Below, in pieces: positions 25,601 to 34,481 of a stretch of 64,000 nucleotides of DNA (its first letter is position 1; each line of letters begins with the position of its first letter). Origin of the DNA: Macrostomum lignano (Eukaryota); the NCBI GenBank assembly GCA_002269645.1, contig NIVC01000690.1, positions 413,196 to 477,195 of the forward strand, written 5' to 3'. Under the pieces are notes generated by a model. That model saw only the letters and a program-made list of their open reading frames with translations, did not search any database and was not told the origin of the DNA. The position numbers were made by a program, and so were the translations under genes.

Positions 25601-28600
25601 TTTCCTACAGACTGTGGAGCGAGCCATTCGAGTTGGCGAGCCGGTCGTCTTGCTTGACGTGGGAGAATCTCTTGACCCAACTCTTGGCCCCGTGCTGCGG
25701 AAAGAGATCTTCCACAGGGGCGGGCACAAGCTGATTCGTGTTGGCGAGAACGACATTGATTATGGCGACGGCTTCCGACTCTACCTGTGTACTGCCACGC
25801 ATAACCCCCACTTTCTGCCTGCCGCCAGCATCTTAGTAAACATCGTGAACTTCTCTGTGACTTTTGAGGGTCTTCAAGAGCAACTGCTGTCCTGTGTGGT
25901 GGCTCAGGAGCGGCCCGAACTCGAGCAAGAAAGAGCAGCGCTTTTGCAGTCTCTGGCTCGGTGAGTTATAAAATCGATACTGTTTAAATTGTTCTTCATT
26001 GTAGTTTCCTTTAATAAATATCTAATAAATCGAAAAACTTAAATTTACAGCGACGGTTCTCTCCTCCGTGAACTAGAAGACCGCACCCTAGGCCTGCTCC
26101 AAGGCTCTACCGGTCACATCTTGGATGACGAGGATCTACCTCGCACCCTCGAGCAGAGTCGCTCAATGTCCTCCGAGATCTCGGAGCGTGTCGCCAAAGC
26201 TGCCGCCACCGAACGCGAACTCAGCGCGGCGCGCCAAGTCTACCTGCCAGTGGCCACGCGCGGCGCTGTCATCTATTTCGTGATCGCCGACCTGCCCTCC
26301 ATCAACTTGATGTACCAGTTCAGTCTGTCAACTTTCGAGTCCAGCTTCAGACGCGTCATCGCTGCAGTGCCTTCCAAGAATAGCGAGGATCAGCCGCTAT
26401 CGCTGGAGCAGCGGATGCGTCAAATGATCCACGACGTTACCATGACAACGCAACGAACCGTCACCCTGGCGCTGTTCTCTGAACACCGACTCTGCTTCGC
26501 TTTTCTTCTCTGCGCCGCTGTTATGCGCGCTGTCGACCGACTTCCGGCGGCCGCTTCCGTCGGCACCTCGGCTGAGCCGCTGCCTCAGCGCGACTGGAAC
26601 TTCTTCCTGCACGGTGCGGAGCTGGCGGGTCTGTCCGCCACGGCAACCTCGGGAACTGCCGCTGCTCCGACCGACGGTCCTATTGAGATTGACTGGCCTT
26701 CCGAATCAGTCAGAACAGCATGCGCCAGCTTGGAGTCAGCACCGTCTAGCGGATTCGAAGGTCTTTGCGCCAGTTTCAGCCAGGCAACGGCGCAATGGCA
26801 AAGCTTTCGCGACGCTGAAGACGCCTTCAAGTTAATGCTGAAGCCGCCAAACTTGACGCCCCAGTTTGATTGGTCAAAGTTATCCGATTTCCGACGCTTG
26901 CTTCTGATTCGATTGCTTCGACCGGCTCAGCTAGAAGCAAGCATGCGTCATCTGGTTGCTAGGCAACTCGGGCCGGAATTCACCGGTACGAATACGGCAG
27001 GACTACGGGAGGCCTTTGAATCGGCTAGCGCCGAGACGCCGCTTCTGTTCCTGATGGCTCCGGGCGCCGATCCCACCGCTGCGCTGATGCGACTGGCCAC
27101 GGATTTGCGCGGGTCGGCACTCCACCTGGACATGGTGTCGTTAGGACGCGGCCAAGGACCCAAGGCGGAGGAGCTAATCGGTAAAGCCCAGATTCTCAAA
27201 GGTCGATGGGTGTTTCTGCAGAACTGCCATCTGGCCGCCTCTTGGATGCCGCGGTTGCAGCAGCTGGTTGATAGGTATGCTTTTTCATATGCTTTTTCAT
27301 AGTTGTTCAAAGAACTTTCTCACAAAATTTAGCATAGCATTTTTGATCCGCTTCAACCGTTTCGATCATCTGTTCCATTTCAAAGCTAAATATATTGTTT
27401 ACAATGCACTTGAACGTAGTAGCATGGTCGTAGCATAATCGCATTGAATGGTCAAAAGGGGTTTTAGACTCATGATTTGAAGGTCAGGGGTTCGATTCCC
27501 GATCCCACTGGAACAATTTGCGTTCTTGAGCAAGACACTTAACCCTCAAACCCTAAAAACGAAGAGGTTTATAAATTAAAGGAGGGGGCAGACACGAGAG
27601 ATAAAGTTCGATAATTTGAATATATCTAGGTCGATAAGAGCACAATTAAGGTACGACGGAGGGACACAATATGAGGGAAAGTTTACCAGCACGATTTTTT
27701 GCGACAGGTTGAAGCAGACAGGCTGAGCGAGAAAAGCTCTGAAACTCTCCTACGAGCATCTGTTGTGTGTAAAGAAAGTATGGACGATGCTAAACTTGAA
27801 GAAAGTCCAGCATCGATTCGTGGGGAGCGTAGCGACCAGAGAGAATTCATTGATAGCTCGTATAATACCACATAGCTCGTTAGTAACGCTACGAAAATTT
27901 TCTTCTTCCAGCTTCCAGCGCGGAACGATGCAGCTAGACTCGCAGTTTCGGCTTCTGCTTAGCTCCAAGCCGGACGCCAGCTTCCCTGTCCCGGTGCTGC
28001 ACGCGGCCTGCAAAGTGGCCATCGAATCGCCACGCGGCGTCAAGAGTCTCTTGCGGAAGGCGTTTGCGCCAGACGGTACCGGCTTAGTGTCGAGTCGCGG
28101 GTTCGACTCTCAAACGCCGGACACACGGCGCTTAGTGTTCGCCCTGTGCCTGTTCAACTCGGTGCTGCTTGAGCGCAGTCGCTTCGGCAGTCTCGGCTTC
28201 AACGTGCCGTACGAATTCAATGACAGCGACCTAGAGGTGTCCCTTGTTCACCTGACTGGCAAGTCGACAGTGGACTGGCCCGCCGTGAGCCACCTGGTTG
28301 GAGACATCGCCTACGGTGGTCGAGTCACCGACGAACGCGATCGTCGCTGCTTAGCAGCCGTTTTAGGCGCCTTCCTGCGTCCGGAGGCCCTTCAACCGGG
28401 TTGGCAGTTTGCCACCGGCCTTACCAGCCTCCCGGATGAAGCCGAATTCAACTGGACTCAAGCCTACATTAACCAGCTACCGGAGGCGGAACCACCCGAC
28501 GTGTTCGGCATGGACTCAAACTCGGAGCGAGCGGCGATGGAAGCGCGCGGCCGTCGATTGCTGGATGTGGTTGCAGCGGCGCAACCGAGAATTGCCACTA

Positions 28601-31541
28601 CCACTGCGGCTGGGTCTGCGACCTCAGTCGACTCCATCGGCGGTGCCGACGCTCTAGCTATGGAGGTTATTGAGCACTTGACTCAGGTGAGTATTGAGAA
28701 AATTCCCATGAAATATTAATATTGAAAACATAGTTGTTCGATAATTATTTTTCACACTTAGAGCGTGTTAGCGCTTCCACTCGAGGACACAAACACACGG
28801 ATGTGTGACACGCACAAGCATAAAAAATAACCTTTAAGAAAAATCAAGATATTTGTCTTTTTCTTCGCAACTCGTTTGGCGCTTCGTTCAAAAAGACAGA
28901 AGGTGCTGCGAGCACAAGACGTCAGTACATTAGTAGTGGGATTAAATAAGAGAAGAAGTTTTGCAAAGACAGTTAAAAGGCGGCGAGTGAGAGAAGCGAC
29001 TGCAGGCAGACTTAAAGACCAAATTCCGGGGGTGAGAATGGTACTGAAGTCGGTTAGTTCCCCATACCTGCTCACATTTTTAGCTGCTACCGAAGTCGGT
29101 AGAACGCGAATCTCTTGAGCCGGAGGATCTCCGCAAACGACTTGGCCCTCGCCAGTCCCTGGCCAAAGCCATGGCGCTCGAGGCCCAACGAAGCGGCAGC
29201 GGCACCGTCGCCAGCGGGAAGCTGGGCTCGGCGCTTCATCAGCTTCTGCGCCAGGAGATAGATCGCTACGACAACTTGTTGCGTCAGGTCCGACGCGACC
29301 TCAAGCAACTACGTTTAGCTCTGCACGGCGACACCCTGATGACGGACTCGCTAGAGTCGGCCCTGTCCGCCTTCCTGCGCAACCGGGTGCCGCCCGCCTG
29401 GCTGCGCTACGAGTCCTGCAAATCCCTCAGCGCCTGGGCTGCCGATCTGCGCACTCGGGTTCGATTCCTCGCCGGCTGGGCGGAACGACTCGTGCGCGAC
29501 TTCCAGCAACGCAGCGGCCTGCTCAAGGAGCCGGATATGTTTCCGCACGGACCGGAACCGTTCGCGCATTGGCTGCCGGCCTTCTTTTTTCCGCAAGGAT
29601 TTCTCACCGCCGTGCTTCAGGCTCAGGCCAGGAGGCTTCGCGTGCCAGTGAGCCAGTTTATTCTGAGTGACCGCATGCCATCACCGATTGACTCCATGCT
29701 ACCACCCCTCTACTCCATGCTACCACCCCTCTACTCCATGCTAAAGCACCCTCTCCTCCATGCTAAAACACCCTCTCCTCCATGCTAAAGCACCCTCTCC
29801 TCCATGCTAAAAGACCCTCTCCTAAAGCATTAAAGTTGACCTGCAAGGCGACGTCACCGGTTCTAGAGGCTATAAACAGTACGGTCCTAATATGGCTTTA
29901 AATAACGGAGAAGTGCAGTTTTTACACGTATTTTGTGTTACAATAGGTACCTGGTTAGCAGTATTAACTAATCGTTTTATCTGTTAAATGTTAAACAAAA
30001 AGGTCGACCTACTGGAGTTCCGTCATCGAGTCCTGCCAAGCAGTCCCCCGATTGGCAGCGGCAGCGTCGAGGAGTTCGCCTTCCAGTCTGGCTCTCCTCC
30101 ACCAACCGACGGAGTGTTCGTGTTCGGCTTGGTGCTGGACAGCGCTGCTTGGACCGAGAGCGCCGGCGGTCTCACAGAGAGTCCGCCGGGTTCGAGATTC
30201 TGCGAACTGCCCGCTATGCACATGCTGCCGTGTCAGGTTAGTCCGAATCTCGCGCTAAATTCGTTGGGTTTTATTCCATGCATGGCCTTGATTAGGCTGG
30301 CTAAGGCACAACGAATGTAGGTACATACTAGAAAATGAGAAATGCAGGGTCGCTGTACAACCTGCGTACGTATCATTATCCTATCGTTTATCCTATCGGC
30401 AAAGCTGTTTTCCTCCTCTTCAATGTGGCTCTTGACTAATGATTAATTGATTAGTATATTGCTAAATGATTATTACTCAGTTTGTTCGGAGCCTCAGACA
30501 CTGCTACACATCAAGAGCAGTAGGAATGGGCATAGCTGTTTTCCTCCTCTTCAATGTAGCTCTTAGTAATGTAACTCTTCGATGTAGCTATAGATGACCC
30601 GAATTTGTGTCATACCATCATTAAATAACCTTGATTTGTGTCATAATATCATCGTTAGATAACATTGATTTGTGTAATATCATAATCACTAGATAACCTT
30701 GATTCGTGTCATATTATCATCATTAGATAACCTTGATTTGTGTCATAATATCATCGTTAGATAACATTGATTTGTGTAATATCATAATCACTAGATAACC
30801 TTGATTAGTGTCATATTATCATCATTAGATAACCTTGATTAGTGTCATATTATCATCATTAGATAACCTTGATTTGTGTCATAATATCATCGTTAGATAA
30901 CATTGATTTGTGTAATATCACAATCATTAGATAACCTTGATTTGTGTCATATCATCGTCGTTTGATAACCTTGAGTTGTGTCATATCATCGTCGTTCGAT
31001 AACCTTGAGTTGTGTCATATTGTCAACACTAGATAACCTTGATTTGTGTCATATTGTCAACACTAGATAACCTTGATTTGTGTCATATTGTCAACACTAG
31101 ATAACCTTGATTTGTGTCATATTGTCAACACTAGATAACCTTGATTTGTGTCAAATTGTCAACACTTAAAATTACACTTAATTTTCGTCATGTTGTCAAC
31201 GTTCGACATGGCTCATTTTTGTCATATTTCCTGCATTATACATCTGTTGAATTGTGTTGTCTTATTTATTTGGATTTAAAGTATCAACACTCGTCTGCCA
31301 TTTACTCTCAATTCAGACCGGCAACCCTGACCCAGCTGACTCTACCGACTCAACAGCGGCTGGTTCGGCCAGCTTCAGCTACGACTGTCCCGTCTACCGC
31401 ACCGCCAGACGTGCCGGGGCGCTGTCCAGCACGGGCCACAGCACCAACTTCGTCTGCTCGGTGCGCCTACCGGCCACGCAGCCGCAGAGCGTGTGGCGAC
31501 TGCGCGGCGCCGCCCTGCTCTGCGCTCCGGACATTGATTGA
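541..31541 (+). CDS. DNAH14: Axonemal dynein heavy chain, DNAH14-like (DNAH6/14 group); 24 exons visible, 5' end outside window
   Basis: Phase-consistent GT-AG chain: 541-1996, 2490-2898, 3354-4111, 4734-4808, 5833-5938, 6497-6747, 6964-7731, 10848-11058, 12270-12530, 13467-13697, 14535-14718, 15459-16038, 16510-17225, 22085-22460, 22560-22812, 22905-23933, 24010-24191, 24268-25483, 25557-25960, 26051-27274, 27912-28686, 29084-29647, 30003-30236, 31317-31541 (TGA). Four P-loops [32 protein letters not shown], plus linker, stalk/MTBD and C-terminal CPVY. Dynein identity is certain; the DNAH14 label rests on recalled similarity to the human protein. Confidence 0.9.
2074..2462. repeat. 15-bp minisatellite (CCCCAGATGCCACAT) x~26, dynein intron 1
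   Basis: Near-perfect tandem copies visible directly. Confidence 0.97.
2490..2898 (+). CDS. Dynein HC exon 2 (linker/DHC_N2: [14 protein letters not shown])
   Basis: Acceptor ccgcag ending at 2489, donor GTGAGT at 2899, conserved RHW motif. Confidence 0.9.
2915..3265. repeat. Degenerate GGATGAT/GATGG-rich simple repeat, dynein intron 2
   Basis: Recurrent ggatgatggg motifs. Confidence 0.75.
3354..4111 (+). CDS. Dynein HC exon 3 (DHC_N2: [24 protein letters not shown])
   Basis: Canonical linker motifs; AG ending at 3353, GTGAGT at 4112. Confidence 0.95.
4217..4512 (+). mobile_element. tRNA-derived SINE with a CORE/V-type central domain
   Basis: A-box-like TAGCCTAGTGG, B-box GGTTCGATTC (4268-4277), then CCTTGAGCAAGACACTTAAC...CTGTAAAATGGG resembling the MIR/CORE-V conserved block; AT-rich tail. 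Confidence 0.75.
4734..4808 (+). CDS. Dynein HC exon 4, 75 nt ([24 protein letters not shown]); missed by the ORF track
   Basis: Matches the dynein RG-VE-WL-VE motif; phase 2/2 fits both flanking exons. Confidence 0.85.
4955..5625. repeat. 16-bp minisatellite (CCTAAGGTGTGAGATT), dynein intron 4
   Basis: About 40 copies with ggtgt/gttgg variants. Confidence 0.95.
5833..5938 (+). CDS. Dynein HC exon 5 ([13 protein letters not shown])
   Basis: cccag acceptor, GTGAGT donor at 5939. Confidence 0.85.
6083..6470. repeat. 21-23-bp minisatellite (CTAGAGACCCTGACACCATTTAT), dynein intron 5
   Basis: Direct tandem copies. Confidence 0.95.
6497..6747 (+). CDS. Dynein HC exon 6 (VHNRDI...DFNWRK)
   Basis: ttccag acceptor, GTGAGT donor at 6748. 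Confidence 0.9.
6801..6912. repeat. 16-bp minisatellite (GCGCCCCTTGGTGCTG) x~6 ending in a poly-C run, dynein intron 6
   Basis: Direct tandem copies. Confidence 0.9.
6964..7731 (+). CDS. Dynein HC exon 7, AAA1 ([38 protein letters not shown])
   Basis: Hallmark AAA1 motifs. Confidence 0.97.
8249..8499. mobile_element. MITE / foldback element with ~85-bp TIRs and TA flanks (Tc1/mariner-type)
   Basis: Left arm TACACCTTTTCGCGTTCAATTTTGATCAAAGTCC...TTCAGACTGGGG; the right arm is its reverse complement with few mismatches and ends ...GAAAAGGTGTA. Confidence 0.85.
10848..11058 (+). CDS. Dynein HC exon 8 ([17 protein letters not shown])
   Basis: tttcag acceptor, GTAAGG donor at 11059. Confidence 0.9.
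11490..12180. repeat. 30-bp minisatellite (GGGGGAATTGCTGAGATGTCAAGGCTTACT) x~22, dynein intron 8
   Basis: Direct tandem copies. Confidence 0.97.
12270..12530 (+). CDS. Dynein HC exon 9, AAA2 P-loop ([15 protein letters not shown])
   Basis: Motif plus AG/GTAAGC boundaries. Confidence 0.92.
12598..12890. repeat. 22-bp minisatellite (CTGACTTCTAATTGGGGATCTG) x~13, dynein intron 9
   Basis: Direct tandem copies. Confidence 0.95.
13467..13697 (+). CDS. Dynein HC exon 10 ([13 protein letters not shown]...EWTDGL plus Q21)
   Basis: AAA2 NPK/W-DG motifs; ccgcag acceptor, GTAAGA donor at 13698. Confidence 0.92.
13617..13679 (+). repeat. Coding CAG/CAA tract (Q21) within dynein AAA2
   Basis: In frame within exon 10. 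Confidence 0.95.
13756..14040. mobile_element. MITE/HINE-like element with ~29-bp imperfect inverted ends and an internal GC hairpin
   Basis: TAATACCCATGCTTTAAGGGCGTTAATG (13771) pairs with CATTAACGCCCGCAAAGCATGGGTATTA (14001-14028); hairpin GGGCGCC-GTTA-GGCGCCC at ~13973-13990. Confidence 0.6.
14041..14210. mobile_element. Small MITE-like element
   Basis: Ends GACATTTGTGTCC / GGGCACAAATGTC; perfect ~16-bp internal stem AAATTAGCGGGCAGTT...AACTGCCCGCTAATTT. Confidence 0.5.
14535..14718 (+). CDS. Dynein HC exon 11, acidic/Ser-rich insertion within AAA2; missed by the ORF track
   Basis: cgccag acceptor, open frame [12 protein letters not shown]...[13 protein letters not shown] donor; supplies the phase 0 to phase 1 bridge between exons 10 and 12. 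Confidence 0.75.
15459..16038 (+). CDS. Dynein HC exon 12 ([34 protein letters not shown])
   Basis: AAA2 Walker B and sensor motifs. Confidence 0.95.
16510..17225 (+). CDS. Dynein HC exon 13 (AAA3 P-loop GESGVGKT)
   Basis: Motifs [25 protein letters not shown]; GTAAG donor at 17226. Confidence 0.93.
17252..17499 (+). mobile_element. Non-autonomous Helitron-like element (Lep1/DINE-style architecture)
   Basis: 5' TC after A, ATATACTAAAAA, (GT)n microsatellite, AAAACGGCTCAACCGATTTT block, 3' weak hairpin plus CTAG; the 3' flank is not T. Confidence 0.5.
17936..20335. repeat. 24-bp minisatellite (GCACTTGATAAACCAAGGATTATT) x~100, dynein intron 13
   Basis: Tandem copies giving 8-aa periodic pseudo-ORFs. 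Confidence 0.98.
20475..20900. repeat. Degenerate GGATGCTTGCTATCTG repeat, including three to four ~41-bp copies
   Basis: atgcttctataatatctggggggtgcttgctaatctgcaga repeated at ~20648-20810. Confidence 0.8.
22085..22460 (+). CDS. Dynein HC exon 14 (AAA3: [21 protein letters not shown])
   Basis: Walker B and arginine-finger motifs. Confidence 0.95.
22560..22812 (+). CDS. Dynein HC exon 15 ([15 protein letters not shown])
   Basis: AAA3 lid motif. Confidence 0.92.
22905..23933 (+). CDS. Dynein HC exon 16 (AAA4: [32 protein letters not shown])
   Basis: AAA4 motifs. Confidence 0.96.
24010..24191 (+). CDS. Dynein HC exon 17 ([11 protein letters not shown]); missed by the ORF track
   Basis: AAA4 lid motif; ctacag acceptor, GTGAGT donor. 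Confidence 0.9.
24268..25483 (+). CDS. Dynein HC exon 18 (stalk coiled coils, MTBD, start of AAA5: [11 protein letters not shown])
   Basis: Stalk/MTBD motifs NPPDLV, ERQRW, ENAVI. Confidence 0.95.
25557..25960 (+). CDS. Dynein HC exon 19 (AAA5: [22 protein letters not shown])
   Basis: AAA5 motifs. Confidence 0.94.
26051..27274 (+). CDS. Dynein HC exon 20 (strut/AAA6: [28 protein letters not shown])
   Basis: AAA6 motifs. Confidence 0.95.
27420..27560 (+). mobile_element. Second, truncated copy of the tRNA-derived SINE family seen at 4217
   Basis: Shares GGTTCGATTC-CGATCC-ACT-GGAACAATTTG-GT-CTTGAGCAAGACACTTAAC with the 4217 copy; 5' part diverged, sequence unrelated after CACTTAAC. Confidence 0.75.
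27912..28686 (+). CDS. Dynein HC exon 21 ([30 protein letters not shown])
   Basis: AAA6 lid motifs. Confidence 0.94.
29084..29647 (+). CDS. Dynein HC exon 22 ([27 protein letters not shown])
   Basis: C-terminal domain motifs. Confidence 0.93.
29685..29825. repeat. 21-23-bp minisatellite (CTCCATGCTACCACCCCTCTA / CTCCATGCTAAAGCACCCTCTC), dynein intron 22
   Basis: About 6 tandem copies. Confidence 0.85.
30003..30236 (+). CDS. Dynein HC exon 23 ([15 protein letters not shown])
   Basis: C-terminal barrel motif; the acceptor is purine-rich and weak. Confidence 0.88.
30595..31165. repeat. ~34-bp minisatellite (AGATAACCTTGATTTGTGTCATATTGTCAACACT), dynein intron 23
   Basis: About 17 copies in three variant blocks. 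Confidence 0.92.
31317..31541 (+). CDS. Dynein HC last exon ([25 protein letters not shown]...GAALLC)
   Basis: Canonical dynein C-terminus, TGA at 31539-31541. Confidence 0.95.
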   Translation, partial: TGNPDPADSTDSTAAGSASFSYDCPVYRTARRAGALSSTGHSTNFVCSVRLPATQPQSVWRLRGAALLCAPDID

Positions 31542-32092
31542 TGTTATTGAAAATATGCTTTAATCATTCATTTGATTTGAAACGTGCATGTTGTTGTGTT
31601 TGTTGAAACTAGACAATTTTTAACGAAATTATTATAATTAACGCTAAATATGCTGTTTGAATTTTAAATTGGCGCCGAAAATAGCTAAGCCTTACAATTT
31701 GTGTTTTACTGTAGTAATTGATAAATTAAAAAAGTAGCAATTTTCGGCACGATTTCAAATATCGATACTTTCAGTCCCGTTTATCGTTAATCTGTTTACA
31801 AGCATGTAGAGATTGTTAAGAATTTGAAAACCTGATAGGAGAAAAACAAGAATCTCGTAATTTATTTGTTAAAAAGATTATTTTATGATACATTGGTGAA
31901 TTTTATTGATAAACTTTACTAAATAAATAAAGCAGGACTGTGATAACACTGTAAAACAACAAATCTATCGTTTCTACTGCTGACAGCTTTTACATTGAAT
32001 ACAAAATTAAACCAAAAACGCTTTGTAAAAAATCTTTTACAAAACAATTAGTGAGATTAAATACTTCAGTACGAGCCAACCATTCAAGAGTT

Positions 32093-34481
32093 TCAAGTCA
32101 GAGCCAGAACCAATTCCAGAAAGATCTTGTCCGCCGTTTGACGAAACTGCATCAAATCGGGCAACAGTCGTTGGCCAATTATATTGGAAATGTCAAGGAA
32201 GAATCGCTGATTTAAAAGAATTGACCAAGCCACGGAGAGACTGCAATAGATAGAAAAACTTTGTTTTGTTAGTCGAATTTGTACTATTAAAATGCAAAAC
32301 TTGACGAATCGCAACTTACAGGGGCAAGATTGCAAAAATGCTCAGCATAAGCATTTGATTCGATTGGTGTCTTGATGGCGTGTTGTAAAACTGGCAGATC
32401 ACAAACTTTGTGTGCAGAAATAATTGAAGACACGCGAACGCAGCCACAATGAAGACTACAATTTCTGCTGCACCTACCAGGACAGGTCCATCACTGATGA
32501 GGATGGGAACTCTGGATAGAGCGGCCAATGCAGCGGCTAACATCGTCACCATGAACAGGCCATTGAAGCACGCTTTTCTTGCGACACTCCAATGCTTCTG
32601 CGCATCGCCGAGACCGCGATTCTCACAATCTAATAGCTCCCGGATTTTCTTAGAACATTTTCGAATTTGCTCGGTATTTCTGCTGTAGTGAGCTAGCGCG
32701 TACAACTCGTCGATGTCTGGGTCAGGCTCGAGCGCTCTGCGCCACTCGTTCAGAAATATCTGCTCTTTCGACAGCAGCTCCGCCTGAAGACTCATCAGCA
32801 GGGAGCGAAAATTCACTTGCAGCATGTTGCCACTGCCGTAGGGCGTGATTTTTATTAGCTTCCGGGTGAACTCTGGTAGAAAGCTGAAGTCTGGTTCCAC
32901 TCCGCAGGGAAAGTTGAATCTACAGGGCTCCACATGTCTCCACATGACCTGTTGCAGTTTTTCTTTGGCGCTCTCTGAGTCATCCAGGCGGAGACGAGCC
33001 ATAATTACCAAGCAAGCGCTTACTGAAGATGAGCTCGGGAGCGATCGTAGCTTTTCAATGTGCTGAAGAAATTCCTTCCGAGCATCTACCTGCAGCTTCG
33101 GGATCTCGTTGAACAAATGTTGCACAAGCAGATAAAGAAGGGCGTCACCAGTGAACGCTTCGAAATCATTTAGCTCCACCATCGGTAGCGCAGTGAACAA
33201 CTGGAATACCCTGTCCGATTCGCGCGCACTGACGCGATTCTTCACGAGATTCAGCAGCGGTGTGACATCTTTCTGGAGTGTACGCAGCCTTTCAATAATG
33301 CGATTTTTTCCTTTTTAAAATCGATACGACCGGCTTTAGACGTAGATTTTAGACGTAGTGTCGCATCCGGCATGAAAAAGTTCGGCATGCAATCGCCAGG
33401 AGTCTTGGTGGCAGTAAGGTAGTTTACTAGCATGCCAAGGGACTCCTTCAGCAATGAGATTAGCTTTTCTTTAGTCCAAGCGCTCTGTTGACTGTTGCTA
33501 TGCCCACTTATCATGAAGAAGAGCAAAGCTTTTGCGTGGCAAGCCCTAAGGCTGCGGATACTCCCTGGTGCCTCTGGAAGTAGACGCTTGAAGACGAGCA
33601 GAAGCAGCACGTACAACTGGCCTTGAATAGTGCTCAGTCTGCGCATGATCTGCTTCTCTTGCAGCTTGAAGCTCACTTTCAGTTGATCCAATTCACCCGA
33701 TTCAGTATCCAGCTCTAGAACAGTGCAAGCAGAAGTACAGGAGAGGCCTTTTGGAAGCAGCAATCGTACTCTGTCAGCCCTGTTGGGTCTGCAGCACTTG
33801 TAGACTTGGCGTATCTCCTGACTTGGCCGCGAACCATTGTTTGGAAACTTCAGCGTCACAGGATCAACTAAAAATTTATTTAATAGAATATTTCAATACT
33901 TCTCTTTACCACTCTTTAACTTAGATATCAGTGTTTGTCCCTAAATAAGAATTGTTGGCTTTGCTGCATAAATTTTACCAATAGATCCAGATGTTTTAAC
34001 TCGTCCGTCTAGCACTGGTAGCCTCTGTCCTGCCTTGCCCTTGCACTGACAATCACCATCGAGATGAGCTTGATCCTCGATCTTGAAGCTCAGCCATTTG
34101 ATGCTGTCTTTGCCGAGTCCATTTCCCTGAGGGTCAGTCAGGAGGCTCAAACTCCAGCCTTCAGCAAGCGAACCGATTAAGAGCCGTTCATCCGGATTGA
34201 GCTGTCTTGCTGCATCTTCCAGGCCGTCTGCAGCTCGGCACTGTTTACTGGCGCCTCGATCATTGATGCCAGCTTGGTTCAAATGCTCGTAAAGCTCAAT
34301 TGATGCTAGTTCGTCTGGGTCTCGTTTGGAATTGCTGAAGCACATATTTACATTTTTTATCACAGGGATTACAGAACTCAAAACTACGATCTACTCAAGA
34401 ATGAAAGCGCTAAGCAGAACTTACTCTTCGCCACAATCTTCTACAGTGCTGCTTTCTTTTGTTGAGCTGTTTGCATCACTA
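32093..34481 (-). CDS. Mab-21/cGAS-like nucleotidyltransferase-fold protein with three C-terminal hydrophobic helices; one apparent frameshift (gene or pseudogene)
   Basis: Exons 34481-34425, 34334-33979, 33867-32320, 32240-32093 (phase-consistent GT-AG). Motifs IGSLAEGW, LKVSFKLQEKQIMRRLS, GQLYVLL, HAKALLFF, W..EKLISLLKESL, CMPNFFMP fit the Mab-21 fold. The frame changes at the T6 run 33304-33309. 5' start not resolved. Confidence 0.72.

Noticed and set aside
27763-27911. 5' extension of the 318-aa ORF (MCVKKVWTM...)
   Set aside because: Lies upstream of the TTCTTCCAG acceptor that gives the correct phase at 27912; intronic read-through.
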